Shown here: positions 1 through 9,063 of the stretch, piece by piece
Position numbering within the stretch: position 1 is the stretch's first letter
Layout of the letters: the number at the start of each line of letters is the position of its first letter
Source: an uncultured Eubacteriales bacterium
GTDB taxonomy: Bacteria > Bacillota > Clostridia > Peptostreptococcales > Anaerovoracaceae
DNA: 64,000 nt
NCBI GenBank assembly: GCA_902796965.1
Contig: CADBRA010000024.1
Coordinates: forward strand, 13,706-77,705
Reading direction: 5' to 3'
The notes under the pieces: model-generated
The model's database searches: none
What the model was told of the DNA's origin: nothing
What the model saw: only the letters and a program-made list of their open reading frames with translations
Program-made: the position numbers and the translations under genes

Positions 1-2847
1 AGATTTGTTTTCCAGAGCTTCTGCATACGATACGCCATATGTCTCCCAGATATCCTTCTTCATGCCTTCCGCTTCAGCATCAGACGATTCTTTTCTGACC
101 TCGAGCGCGCGCTTCTCTGTGACGAAATTTATCAGTTCTTTCTCCAGAACCTCTTTTTCTGACTGAAGCTTCTCAATATCATCTCTCGAGCCGTCTATTT
201 CCTCTCTGAGTTTTCCAAGCACTGTGCTCCTGTCTGTGTAATTCATCTCCTGAATCCTGCACTTCTGCACAAGAGTCTCGCGGTCTCTGCGTGCAGACGC
301 AAGTTCCTCCTTGACAGATTCGAGATCCTTTTGTCTGTCCTGTAAATCCTTTTCGGCTCTTGCAATATTATCCCTTATCCGTTCATACGCTGAATCATTA
401 GCTGCCGTCTGACTGTCGAGCTCAGCTGCCTCAGATCTTATTTCCTCGAGCTCATGCTCGAGATCCCTTATGTGAGATGAAACGTCCTCGATCTCCTTGT
501 ATTTGTCAGCCTGCCGCTGCTCAAGCATTCTGATCGAAGTTTCTGCCGATTCCTTCTCGGCTTCAAGTTTTTTTACAGCAGCTTTTCTCTCCGTAAGTTC
601 TTTTTCTGTGCGCGCAATGTCATCTTTCATAGACGAAATGGCTTTTTTTACAGCTGTAATCCTGCTGCCTGTCATATCCGTTTTCGATGAAATACTGCTG
701 ATATCGCTGTCGCATTCTCTTATCTCTTTATCTGCAGACAGAATCTTTTCCTTGAGAATAGAATATTCCTCATTGGCTCTTCTGTATTCCGAATCCACAG
801 AACTGTAATCCTTTTCGAAAGAATGGAGCAACGTCTCCGACTCATAAAGACGGCTTTTGCGTCTGAAAATTCCGTCTTCAGATTCCTTCATCGAGCCGCT
901 CTCGATGACTCCGTCCTCACTGAGGATATCTCCGTCGAGAGTGACTATCCTGATTCTGCCTGAAGACTCTGCAGCCTCCGCGTCTCCCATACTCTTGAAT
1001 ACAACTGTATTTCCCAGAATATATTGAAATGCCTTCGTATAATCAGATTCAAAATTTACAAAATCAAGTGCGCGGCCGAGACAGCCTTCTGCTTCAAGAA
1101 TATCTGCAGGGATGTTTTCCTGAGGAGCATCGAGTTCTCTGAGCGGCAGGAAAACAAGCCTGCCTGCGTTTTTGGACTTCAGTAAAGATGCGCCTTCTAT
1201 TGCGCACTGCATGTCTTCGCAGATAATGCACTCCGCATTTTTCCCCAGGGCCCTTTCAAGCACAAACTCGTAGCCCCTGGCAACGGTGAGCAGCTCGCCG
1301 GCAGCTCCATATATTCCACGGATAGAAGACGACTGCAGCAGAGCCTTTGCTGATTCGCTGTATCCCTCGTAGTTTTTATCCAGGCTGAGAAGTATATTGT
1401 AGCGCGTCTCCTCTTCGTTTTTGTTTTTAAACGATAATTCCCTCTTATCTGCCAGCTTGTCTATTTTCTTTTTCTGCTCCTCAAGCTCAGCTGCAGCAGA
1501 GCTTCTGCGCATCATAAGCTGCTCTCGCCTTGCAACGAGAGAATCTATCGTACGCAGATCTGATCTGTATAACGCTTCGTCAGGCAGTTCATCCTCACGC
1601 GTTTCAAGCATATTGAGAACTCCCTCACGGTGTTCAGCGGAAATCCGCTCTATCTTTACGGCACCATCAAGTTCAGCTGAAACAGATGCCAGATTTCTCT
1701 GTTCTGCAGCGAGATTCGTACTGATCTCTTCATATTCGTTTTTCCTATCAGAAAGCAATGATTTCTGTCTTCTCAGCGATTCTTCTGCCTGTTCTTTTTT
1801 GTGCCTGTTATTGGTGATATTATGCGCAATATCCGTTCTCTTTTTCTCAAATTCTTTGAGATACTCTCGTTCATCGTCAGCCCGCGCTGTCAAATAAACG
1901 CAGTCCGCGTTTATGACATCGATATTTTCAGTGATCGTATCTATATTACCGTCTGCGACATCGATAGCGGCTTTTGTATCGTTTATATCACTCATGAATC
2001 CCATGGAACTGTCACGGTTTTTAATATCCTCTGCATCCAGTTCTCTTACTCTGTTCTTTTTTTCCAGTATAGAATTTTCTTTTTTATCGCGCTCTGACTC
2101 GTTTTCCTCAATCCGCTTTTCAAGCTCTTTTATCTGGATTTCATCGAGATAGCTGCTGCGCTCACACTGCTCTATTTTTCTGAGAATTATGTTAAGTTCG
2201 TTAGTCTTGAGCTGTGCATTTAGAGACTTATAGTCTTTTGCCCTTATTGCTTCGTCCTGAAGATATTTTTTCTTTTCGCTGTATTCCTCGAGAAAAGAAT
2301 TTATTCTGTCAAGCTCTGTATTCTTTTCCTTGAGTTCCTTTTCAGCCGATAAAAGCTTCTCACGCAGGTCAGTGACTCCTGCTGCCTGCTCGATCATAAA
2401 AGCGAGACTGCCGGGTCTGGACGTTATGATATCCGTCACAGTGTTGTGATCTATAACGGAATATCCGTATCTTCCGGAGCCGCCTGCGGCTTCTCTCAAT
2501 TCATCCCTGCTGCATTCACCGCCGTCTATGTAGAAAGCACTTCTTCCGTCAGGATACATACGGCGTGAAAGAACCGTTGTCTTTCCGCTGTCCGAGATAC
2601 TGAGCGAAACCTCGGCTGATGATGCCGCGTGCCTTACCGAAGTTCCCTGGAATACGATATCTCTTATACCCTTTATCTTTGCCGACGGCCTGTCCGTAAG
2701 AAAACACAGCGCAGCTGCTATGTCTGAAACGACATCGTCATCAGGGTTTGATATGACAGCATATCCATCCGAGAGATCTATGCTCGTCTGATCTGCGAAT
2801 GACCTGAATCCACTCATTGTCAGTTTTACTGCTCTTTTTTTACTCAT
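1..2847 (-). CDS. smc: SMC-like chromosome segregation protein, N-terminal ~949 aa (C-terminus lies beyond window start); ATPase head motifs degenerate
   Basis: The minus strand is open to the window edge; the ORF track omits it because there is no stop in the window. My translation from the ATG at 2845-2847 gives MSKKRAVKLTMSGFRSFADQ... A hinge motif is present (RGIYGAAGELLTVARGYEFV at 1261-1320; KSKNAGRLVFLPL at 1141-1180). Long K/E/L coiled coils flank it. The gene sits directly after rnc, as in Firmicutes. Confidence 0.8.
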   Translation of the reverse strand, partial: MSKKRAVKLTMSGFRSFADQTSIDLSDGYAVISNPDDDVVSDIAAALCFLTDRPSAKIKGIRDIVFQGTSVRHAASSAEVSLSISDSGKTTVLSRRMYPDGRSAFYIDGGECSRDELREAAGGSGRYGYSVIDHNTVTDIITSRPGSLAFMIEQAAGVTDLREKLLSAEKELKEKNTELDRINSFLEEYSEKKKYLQDEAIRAKDYKSLNAQLKTNELNIILRKIEQCERSSYLDEIQIKELEKRIEENESERDKKENSILEKKNRVRELDAEDIKNRDSSMGFMSDINDTKAAIDVADGNIDTITENIDVINADCVYLTARADDEREYLKEFEKKRTDIAHNITNNRHKKEQAEESLRRQKSLLSDRKNEYEEISTNLAAEQRNLASVSAELDGAVKIERISAEHREGVLNMLETREDELPDEALYRSDLRTIDSLVARREQLMMRRSSAAAELEEQKKKIDKLADKRELSFKNKNEEETRYNILLSLDKNYEGYSESAKALLQSSSIRGIYGAAGELLTVARGYEFVLERALGKNAECIICEDMQCAIEGASLLKSKNAGRLVFLPLRELDAPQENIPADILEAEGCLGRALDFVNFESDYTKAFQYILGNTVVFKSMGDAEAAESSGRIRIVTLDGDILSEDGVIESGSMKESEDGIFRRKSRLYESETLLHSFEKDYSSVDSEYRRANEEYSILKEKILSADKEIRECDSDISSISSKTDMTGSRITAVKKAISSMKDDIARTEKELTERKAAVKKLEAEKESAETSIRMLEQRQADKYKEIEDVSSHIRDLEHELEEIRSEAAELDSQTAANDSAYERIRDNIARAEKDLQDRQKDLESVKEELASARRDRETLVQKCRIQEMNYTDRSTVLGKLREEIDGSRDDIEKLQSEKEVLEKELINFVTEKRALEVRKESSDAEAEGMKKDIWETYGVSYAEALENKS

Positions 2848-3574
2848 TTGACACCTCTGCTGCGTTTTGTGTATATTTATCGTCTGCTAAAGCGCGCAGA
2901 GCCATTCCGGCAGCCTGCTGCTCCGCATGTTTCTTTGATTTTCCAGTTCCTCTGCCCAGGACTTTTCCGGCGTTTCTTACTTCTGCCTCAAACGTCTTGT
3001 TATGTTCAGGACCAGATTCTCCTGTAATCACATATTCTAGACTGGCGTTCCCGCCAGCGTTTAACAGTTCCTGAAGCCTTGACTTGTGATCTCTGACAAG
3101 CCTTCCCTCTACCGCATCGTCTATTATATCGCTGAAAAGCCTCAGTATTACAAGTCTGACAGCCTCATATCCTCCATCAAGAAAAACAGCGCCGAATACC
3201 GCCTCCAGGGCATCGGCTTCAAAAGCTTTATGTCCGAGAATCTCGGCGCTAGTCTTTTCTCCGTTGCCCAGCAGGACGTATCCGGCAAGTCCTATCTCAT
3301 CTGCTTTTATTATCAATGATTCTTCGCAGACGACAGATGCTCTGAGCTTGCTCAGAGTGCCTTCTTCCTGTTCTCTTTCGAGAAAATACAGCTTTTCAGC
3401 TATTACAGCATCGAAAAAGGCATCTCCGAGAAACTCCAGTCTTTCATTGTTTGCATTGTAGCGCAGTCCGTGTTCGTGAGCGTACGAACTGTGAACAAGA
3501 GCATTCTCAAGCAGATCTCTGTCTTTAAATGTATATCCGAGCTTTTGGCTCAGATCATCGAGATTTCTGCTCAA
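2840..3574 (-). CDS. rnc: Ribonuclease III
   Basis: 244 aa with the ERLEFLGDA signature and a C-terminal dsRBD-like region. Its end overlaps the smc start by 8 nt. Confidence 0.95.
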   Translation of the reverse strand: MSRNLDDLSQKLGYTFKDRDLLENALVHSSYAHEHGLRYNANNERLEFLGDAFFDAVIAEKLYFLEREQEEGTLSKLRASVVCEESLIIKADEIGLAGYVLLGNGEKTSAEILGHKAFEADALEAVFGAVFLDGGYEAVRLVILRLFSDIIDDAVEGRLVRDHKSRLQELLNAGGNASLEYVITGESGPEHNKTFEAEVRNAGKVLGRGTGKSKKHAEQQAAGMALRALADDKYTQNAAEVSNE

Positions 3575-3577
3575 CTG

Positions 3578-4627
3578 CTATTCCTCCTTTTTATCTGCAT
3601 CCGCTCCGATTTTACTTTCGTCGGAAGCGTTTTTTTCATATTGATCTACATTTCTGCTGATTATATCGACGACATTTTCCTCTACATACGTTCTGCCCTT
3701 GATAATGGCATTGCGTACGGCATTTGATTTCGACGAGCCGTGCATCTTGAGGACTACACCTTTTATGCCGAGAAGCGGTGCAGCTCCATATTCTGAATAA
3801 TCCATGAGAGACTTGAGTTCTCTCAGCTGGTTCATGACGCCTACAGCGCTCATCTTTGTGATCAGATTCTGCTGGAACATGTCGTAGAGAAGTCCGAAAT
3901 ACCGCTGTGCAAGTCCCTCCGTGAGTTTCAGGATGTTGTTTCCTGTAAAGCCGTCGCATACAAAAACATCAGCCGGATGATAAGGTATATCTCTCGCCTC
4001 AACGTTTCCGCAGAAGTTCAGGCTACTGTCCTTAAGCAGCTTATACGTCTCTTTTAGGACTGCAGTTCCCTTGTGTTCCTCTGTCCCTATGTTAACCAGA
4101 CCGACAGACGGATTTTCAACTCTGAGAACTTTCTCCATGTAAATGCTTCCCATTGTCGCAAATTGAACAAGATGCGACGGCTTGCACTCAGCATTTGCTC
4201 CGGCATCAACCAGGAATGTCGGTGTTCCGTCAGCCTGAGGATATACGGTACCTATTGCAGGACGCTCTATCCCTTTTATTCTTCCGAGAATAAAGAGTGA
4301 TCCCGCCATGAGTGCCCCTGTATTCCCGGCTGAAATTACGGCATCGCACATTCCCTCTCGGACGAGAGATATCGCTTTTACAAGCGAAGAGTCCTTTTTG
4401 CTTCGTACTGCTTTTACAGGTGCATCTTCTCCGGTGATGACCTGTGTGGCATTTACGATTTTAATATTGCCGGGAACAGAACGGTAGGTTTTGAGTTCCC
4501 TTCTGACAGCATCCTCCATACCGACAATATAGATGTCATCGTCTATTATTCTGGCTGCTTCGACACAGCCCTTTACGATTTCCTGCGGGGCGTTGTCTCC
4601 GCCCATACCGTCTATGGCAATCCTCAT
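3578..4627 (-). CDS. plsX: Phosphate acyltransferase PlsX
   Basis: N-terminus MRIAIDGMGGDNAP; the full length looks PlsX-like. SD AAGGAGG lies upstream. There is a short acidic C-terminal tail. Confidence 0.95.
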   Translation of the reverse strand: MRIAIDGMGGDNAPQEIVKGCVEAARIIDDDIYIVGMEDAVRRELKTYRSVPGNIKIVNATQVITGEDAPVKAVRSKKDSSLVKAISLVREGMCDAVISAGNTGALMAGSLFILGRIKGIERPAIGTVYPQADGTPTFLVDAGANAECKPSHLVQFATMGSIYMEKVLRVENPSVGLVNIGTEEHKGTAVLKETYKLLKDSSLNFCGNVEARDIPYHPADVFVCDGFTGNNILKLTEGLAQRYFGLLYDMFQQNLITKMSAVGVMNQLRELKSLMDYSEYGAAPLLGIKGVVLKMHGSSKSNAVRNAIIKGRTYVEENVVDIISRNVDQYEKNASDESKIGADADKKEE

Positions 4628-4672
4628 AAAAAAGTCCTCCTTGTCTCAGACTCCTGCCGGCGGAATCTGCAA

Positions 4673-5428
4673 TTACATAAATCTGTTTCTGTCGTCCTGA
4701 TCATATCCTCTCTGATCTCCATATCTGTATGAGCCTGATTCCTGAATAGGAGTATCGCTGCGCTCAAGCGCATTAACCCGTTTATAGGCTGTGTAGTAAA
4801 GAAAGATGAGGAATATGAAGAAAATCACCGTGAATACTGTGCTCGACTGTGAAGCAGTGAAATCATAAAATCCGTGAATAAGCACAGGAATCAGTATACT
4901 CCTCGCATTCATCATCGATTCGGCATTTCCATTGCGGTTTGCCGAACTCTGTCTGGCGGATCCATAGTAGCATCCCATGAAGACTCCGCAGACAGCATGC
5001 AGAACAATAGCCGTAAAAGCTCTTAACAGAGCTGTTCTCATTCCGAACAGCTGCGCATACATGACATTTTCGACGAGAGCAAATCCCAGTGAAACCGTAA
5101 CAGCATAAACAACGCCGTCAAATGTATAGTTGAATTCAGGACTCCGCCACGTCAGCAACCTCATAACTAAGTACTTACAGCATTCCTCCGATATAGCGAC
5201 AACTATGAAATACTGTATGAACTGAGACATATAATGCGGCATATTGCCTGCATACAGGAACTGGAACGCATTTTCGAGCAGCGATGCTGCAAACGTTATC
5301 AGCCCTCCGCCTATAAGAAGCTTTATCAGCAGACTTACGGGTTCACGTTCGACAGAATCCATCTTGTAAATTTGGAAAATCAGAAAAAGCGGCGGAGACA
5401 CGGCCACAAGCAGCAATATATCATTCAA
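4673..5428 (-). CDS. PrsW-family intramembrane metalloprotease
   Basis: Polytopic membrane protein with the EECCKY (EExxK) and HGFYDF motifs typical of the PrsW family. It uses a TTG start preceded by AAGGAG at 7-nt spacing. Confidence 0.7.
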   Translation of the reverse strand: MNDILLLVAVSPPLFLIFQIYKMDSVEREPVSLLIKLLIGGGLITFAASLLENAFQFLYAGNMPHYMSQFIQYFIVVAISEECCKYLVMRLLTWRSPEFNYTFDGVVYAVTVSLGFALVENVMYAQLFGMRTALLRAFTAIVLHAVCGVFMGCYYGSARQSSANRNGNAESMMNARSILIPVLIHGFYDFTASQSSTVFTVIFFIFLIFLYYTAYKRVNALERSDTPIQESGSYRYGDQRGYDQDDRNRFM

Positions 5429-6085
5429 TTATCTTCTCCTTATTATAGGGCCTCTGCCTTGTTTTTTCCTGCGGACAGAAAATCCGAAATGACCGATATA
5501 GCTTCCGAGCTCAAAATATCCTCCGTGGCAGTATACCAGAGGATCTGTCCTTTCCAGAGCAAATCTGCCTGCACTGTCAATGCATTTTTCGTCAACTGAA
5601 ACTCCCAGGACTTCAGCAATCATCATGTCGTGCGATCCCAGATGGACGTTCTTCACAACTCTGCATTCTATGGAGGCAGGCGATTCTGCTATAGATGGAG
5701 CTGATACGTGTCTAGACGGTATTGCGGTCAGGCCGCATTCAGAGAACTTGTCTGAATCTCTGCCTGACTTCACCCCGCAGTAATCCACTGCCTTCGCGAG
5801 TTTCGCTGTCGTGAGGTTTATCACAAACTCTCCTGATTCTTCTATAATATGATACGAATAACGTTCAGGACGGACAGATATATATACCATTGCTGGATCG
5901 GAGCATATGGTTCCTGTCCACGCAACTGTCATGACGTTCGGCCTGCCTTCTTTGTCAGCGGAGCTGACGAGAACGGCAGGAATAGGATACAGCATATTGC
6001 CGGGACGCCAGTATTCTCTTTCTTTTTTTCTTTCCCTGTGCGGAGCAGGTCTTCTGCGGCCCGCTCCGTTCTTCTTTTCATTCAT
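5429..6085 (-). CDS. Flavin reductase-like (FMN-binding split-barrel) protein with a basic N-terminal extension
   Basis: The core MTVAWTGTICSDPAMVYISVRPERYSYHIIEESGEFVINL resembles the flavin reductase domain. The first ~30 aa are R/K rich. Confidence 0.7.
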   Translation of the reverse strand: MNEKKNGAGRRRPAPHRERKKEREYWRPGNMLYPIPAVLVSSADKEGRPNVMTVAWTGTICSDPAMVYISVRPERYSYHIIEESGEFVINLTTAKLAKAVDYCGVKSGRDSDKFSECGLTAIPSRHVSAPSIAESPASIECRVVKNVHLGSHDMMIAEVLGVSVDEKCIDSAGRFALERTDPLVYCHGGYFELGSYIGHFGFSVRRKKQGRGPIIRRR

Positions 6086-6111
6086 ATATTATATTTTTAT
6101 ATTTTTCTCGT

Positions 6112-7974
6112 TCAGTGTCTGTTTATCTTTCCTATGTCATTTCGGTAGCACATGCCGTCAAAGCTGATGCGTTTTACATTTTCGAACGCCTTTGCTCTCG
6201 CTTCATCATTTGTCGAGCCTGTCGCGGTAACTCCGAGAACACGGCCGCCGGCCGTAACAATACTGCCGTCCCTGAGCGCTGTGCCGGCATGGAATACAAC
6301 GACATCATCGTCCACATCGTCAAGGCCGCTTATGACTTTGCCTTTCTCATAGCTTCCCGGATAACCGCCGCTCGCCAGAACGACACAGACAGCCCGCCTG
6401 CTGCTCCATTTTATATCGACATCGGCGAGTGTTCCGTCGATGCAGGCTTCAAATATGTCTTCGAGGTCAGAATCGAGTCTCATGAGAACTGACTGCGTTT
6501 CGGGATCGCCGAACCTGTTGTTGAACTCGATAACCTTTGGCCCGTCATCGCTGAGCATGAGACCTATGAAAAGAACTCCGTGGAAGTCGAGTCCGTCCTC
6601 GATGAATCCCTTTATGGTCGGATCGAGAATCTGCTCTCTGATCTGTTTTTCAAGGTCATCATTAAAAAGAAGGCTCGGCGAATATGAACCCATGCCGCCT
6701 GTATTCGGACCTTTATCGCCGTCATATATTCGTTTGTAGTCCTGGGCCGATTCCATGGGAACGATCGTCTTTCCGTCGACAAAGCAGAGCATTGAAGCTT
6801 CAACACCCTTAAGGCATTCCTCAACGATGACTTTGTCTGCTGCGCCTCCGAACTTATGCTCCTCCATCATTTCGTGAATTGCTGCTTCCGCCTCTTCGGC
6901 GTTTTCAGCCAGGATTACACCTTTTCCCGCAGCGAGTCCGTCAGCTTTCAGCACCATAGGATATCCGAAGATTCCGATGTCTTTTCTCAGCGATTCAGCG
7001 TTAGTATACTCCTTATATTTCGCTGTAGGAATGCTGTGGCGGCTCAGGAATGACTTCGTAAACGCTTTGCTTCCCTCCAGTCTGGAACAGCTCTTGTCAG
7101 GGCCGAAAACTCTGACATCTGCTTTATTGAGAAGGTCTGTAATGCCCATCGAAAGAGGAACCTCAGGTCCTATGACAGCCATATCTATCTTCTTTTCGAT
7201 GCACAGATCTCTGATTCCCTCTATATCTTCTGCGGAAACATCTACGCACTCAGCCTGAGCTGCTATTCCCGGATTTCCCGGTGCGCAGAATATTTTTCCG
7301 ACTTTGTAACTCTGCGCAAGTTTCCAGACAATAGCATGTTCTCTGCCGCCTCCGCCGACTACAAGGATTCTCCTGCCGAGCTCGTGTGATGCAAACATAC
7401 GAACTGCATCCGGAAGTATCTGGTGTTCAACTTCGAGGACCCTTGCGGCGAGATCCTCAGCGCTGTCGCCCTCAAGCACATCGACCTTTTTCTGGATTAT
7501 GATTCTGCCTGTGTCGACGCCCTCGTCAACGAAATGAACAGTAGCACCTGACTCCTTTTCGCCTCCTGCAATTACAGCTTCATGAACCTTGATTCCATAG
7601 AATCCTTTTCCGCAGTATTTAGGTATGAGAGAAGGATGTATATTTATGATCCTGTTCCTGTATTTTTTTATGATCTTTGGCTGAACCACGCTGAGATATC
7701 CCGCCAGAACGATGAGGTCCGTCTCTGCTCCGTCGAGAACTTCGAGTATAGCATCTGTGCGCTCATTCAAGTCAGGATAATTTTTCTTTCCTATGAATTT
7801 TCCAGGGATGCCGTGCTTTTCTGCCCTTTCAAGAGCAAAAGCCTCTTCTTTGCTCGAGATTACCTGAACGATTCTCGCATCAGGAATGTTTCCGTTTTCT
7901 ATGCTGTCGATTACAGACTGAAGATCTGTTCCGCCGCCGGACACAAGTACTGATATATTAGTCATCTGCTCCAC
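6112..7974 (-). CDS. purN-purD: Fused GAR transformylase (PurN) :: GAR synthetase (PurD)
   Basis: The N-terminal ~200 aa are PurN-like (VLVSGGGTDLQ, NIHPSLIPKYCG, HFVDEGVDTG). These are followed by PurD (RILVVGGGGREHAIVWKL to the end). The start may be the GTG at 7974 or the ATG at 7965. Confidence 0.9.
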   Translation of the reverse strand: MEQMTNISVLVSGGGTDLQSVIDSIENGNIPDARIVQVISSKEEAFALERAEKHGIPGKFIGKKNYPDLNERTDAILEVLDGAETDLIVLAGYLSVVQPKIIKKYRNRIINIHPSLIPKYCGKGFYGIKVHEAVIAGGEKESGATVHFVDEGVDTGRIIIQKKVDVLEGDSAEDLAARVLEVEHQILPDAVRMFASHELGRRILVVGGGGREHAIVWKLAQSYKVGKIFCAPGNPGIAAQAECVDVSAEDIEGIRDLCIEKKIDMAVIGPEVPLSMGITDLLNKADVRVFGPDKSCSRLEGSKAFTKSFLSRHSIPTAKYKEYTNAESLRKDIGIFGYPMVLKADGLAAGKGVILAENAEEAEAAIHEMMEEHKFGGAADKVIVEECLKGVEASMLCFVDGKTIVPMESAQDYKRIYDGDKGPNTGGMGSYSPSLLFNDDLEKQIREQILDPTIKGFIEDGLDFHGVLFIGLMLSDDGPKVIEFNNRFGDPETQSVLMRLDSDLEDIFEACIDGTLADVDIKWSSRRAVCVVLASGGYPGSYEKGKVISGLDDVDDDVVVFHAGTALRDGSIVTAGGRVLGVTATGSTNDEARAKAFENVKRISFDGMCYRNDIGKINRH

Positions 7975-9021
7975 CTATATTGATTCAACTATATTTACAG
8001 TCTGTCCATCATCCGACTTTACGATCTTTCCGATAACCGACGGGAATTCTCCGTTTTCTGCGAGAACACCCATGACTCCCGGAACGTCATTCTTGTCTAC
8101 GACAAACATCATTCCTATTCCCATATTAAATGTAGAGAACATCTCCTTAGTCTCTATTCCGCCCTTGCTCTGAATATAATCGAACACAGGCAGGATCTCC
8201 CATGAGCCTCTAACGATCTCTGCGCAAAGTCCGTCAGGAATGATCCTCGGAATGTTCTCATAAAATCCGCCGCCCGTTATATGGACCACTCCGTGGACAT
8301 CATATTTTTCAAAAACAGCTTTTGCAGGTTTTACATAGATGCGCGTCGGCTCGATCAGAGCTTCTCCCAGCGTCGTGCCAAGTTCGTCTACATAATCGTG
8401 AACATCCATGTTCTCCTTGTCGAAAAATATCTTTCTTACAAGCGAATATCCGTTGCTGTGAATTCCGCTTGAAGGGAGGCCTATGATTACATCGTCCTCG
8501 CTGACTTTGCTGCCGTCTATTATCTTGTCCTTATCTACGATTCCGACAGCAAATCCGGCCATATCGTATTCGTCTTCACCGTAAAACGAAGGCATCTCAG
8601 CTGTTTCGCCGCCTACGAGCGAACAGTCACCGAGTATGCAGCCATCCGCGATTCCCTTGACTATGTCCGCTATCTTCTCTGCTTTTACCTTTCCTGTAGC
8701 TATATAGTCAAGGAAGAACATCGGAGAAGCGCCCTGGCACACGATATCATTGACGCACATCGCCACGCAGTCCCTGCCTACTGTATCATGCTTGTCGAGC
8801 ATAAAGGCGAGCTTCAGCTTTGTACCAACGCCATCAGTGCCTGCTACGAGAACAGGATGTCTGATTTCTCCGAGATCGAGGCTGTACAAACTGCCGAAGC
8901 TTCCGAGTCCTGTAAGAACGTTGTCGGTGAACGTGCGTTTTACGTGTTCCTTCATGAGTTCTACTGCGCGTCCGCCTTCTTTTGTGTCAACACCTGCATC
9001 TTTATATGTTAAATTTGCCAT
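7975..9021 (-). CDS. purM: AIR synthetase (phosphoribosylformylglycinamidine cyclo-ligase)
   Basis: MANLTYKDAGVD start and PurM-like sequence throughout, with an AAGGAG SD. Confidence 0.95.
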   Translation of the reverse strand: MANLTYKDAGVDTKEGGRAVELMKEHVKRTFTDNVLTGLGSFGSLYSLDLGEIRHPVLVAGTDGVGTKLKLAFMLDKHDTVGRDCVAMCVNDIVCQGASPMFFLDYIATGKVKAEKIADIVKGIADGCILGDCSLVGGETAEMPSFYGEDEYDMAGFAVGIVDKDKIIDGSKVSEDDVIIGLPSSGIHSNGYSLVRKIFFDKENMDVHDYVDELGTTLGEALIEPTRIYVKPAKAVFEKYDVHGVVHITGGGFYENIPRIIPDGLCAEIVRGSWEILPVFDYIQSKGGIETKEMFSTFNMGIGMMFVVDKNDVPGVMGVLAENGEFPSVIGKIVKSDDGQTVNIVESI

Positions 9022-9063
9022 TTTTAAATTTTTTCTCCTTAAATGCGAATAAACGCGATTTTT

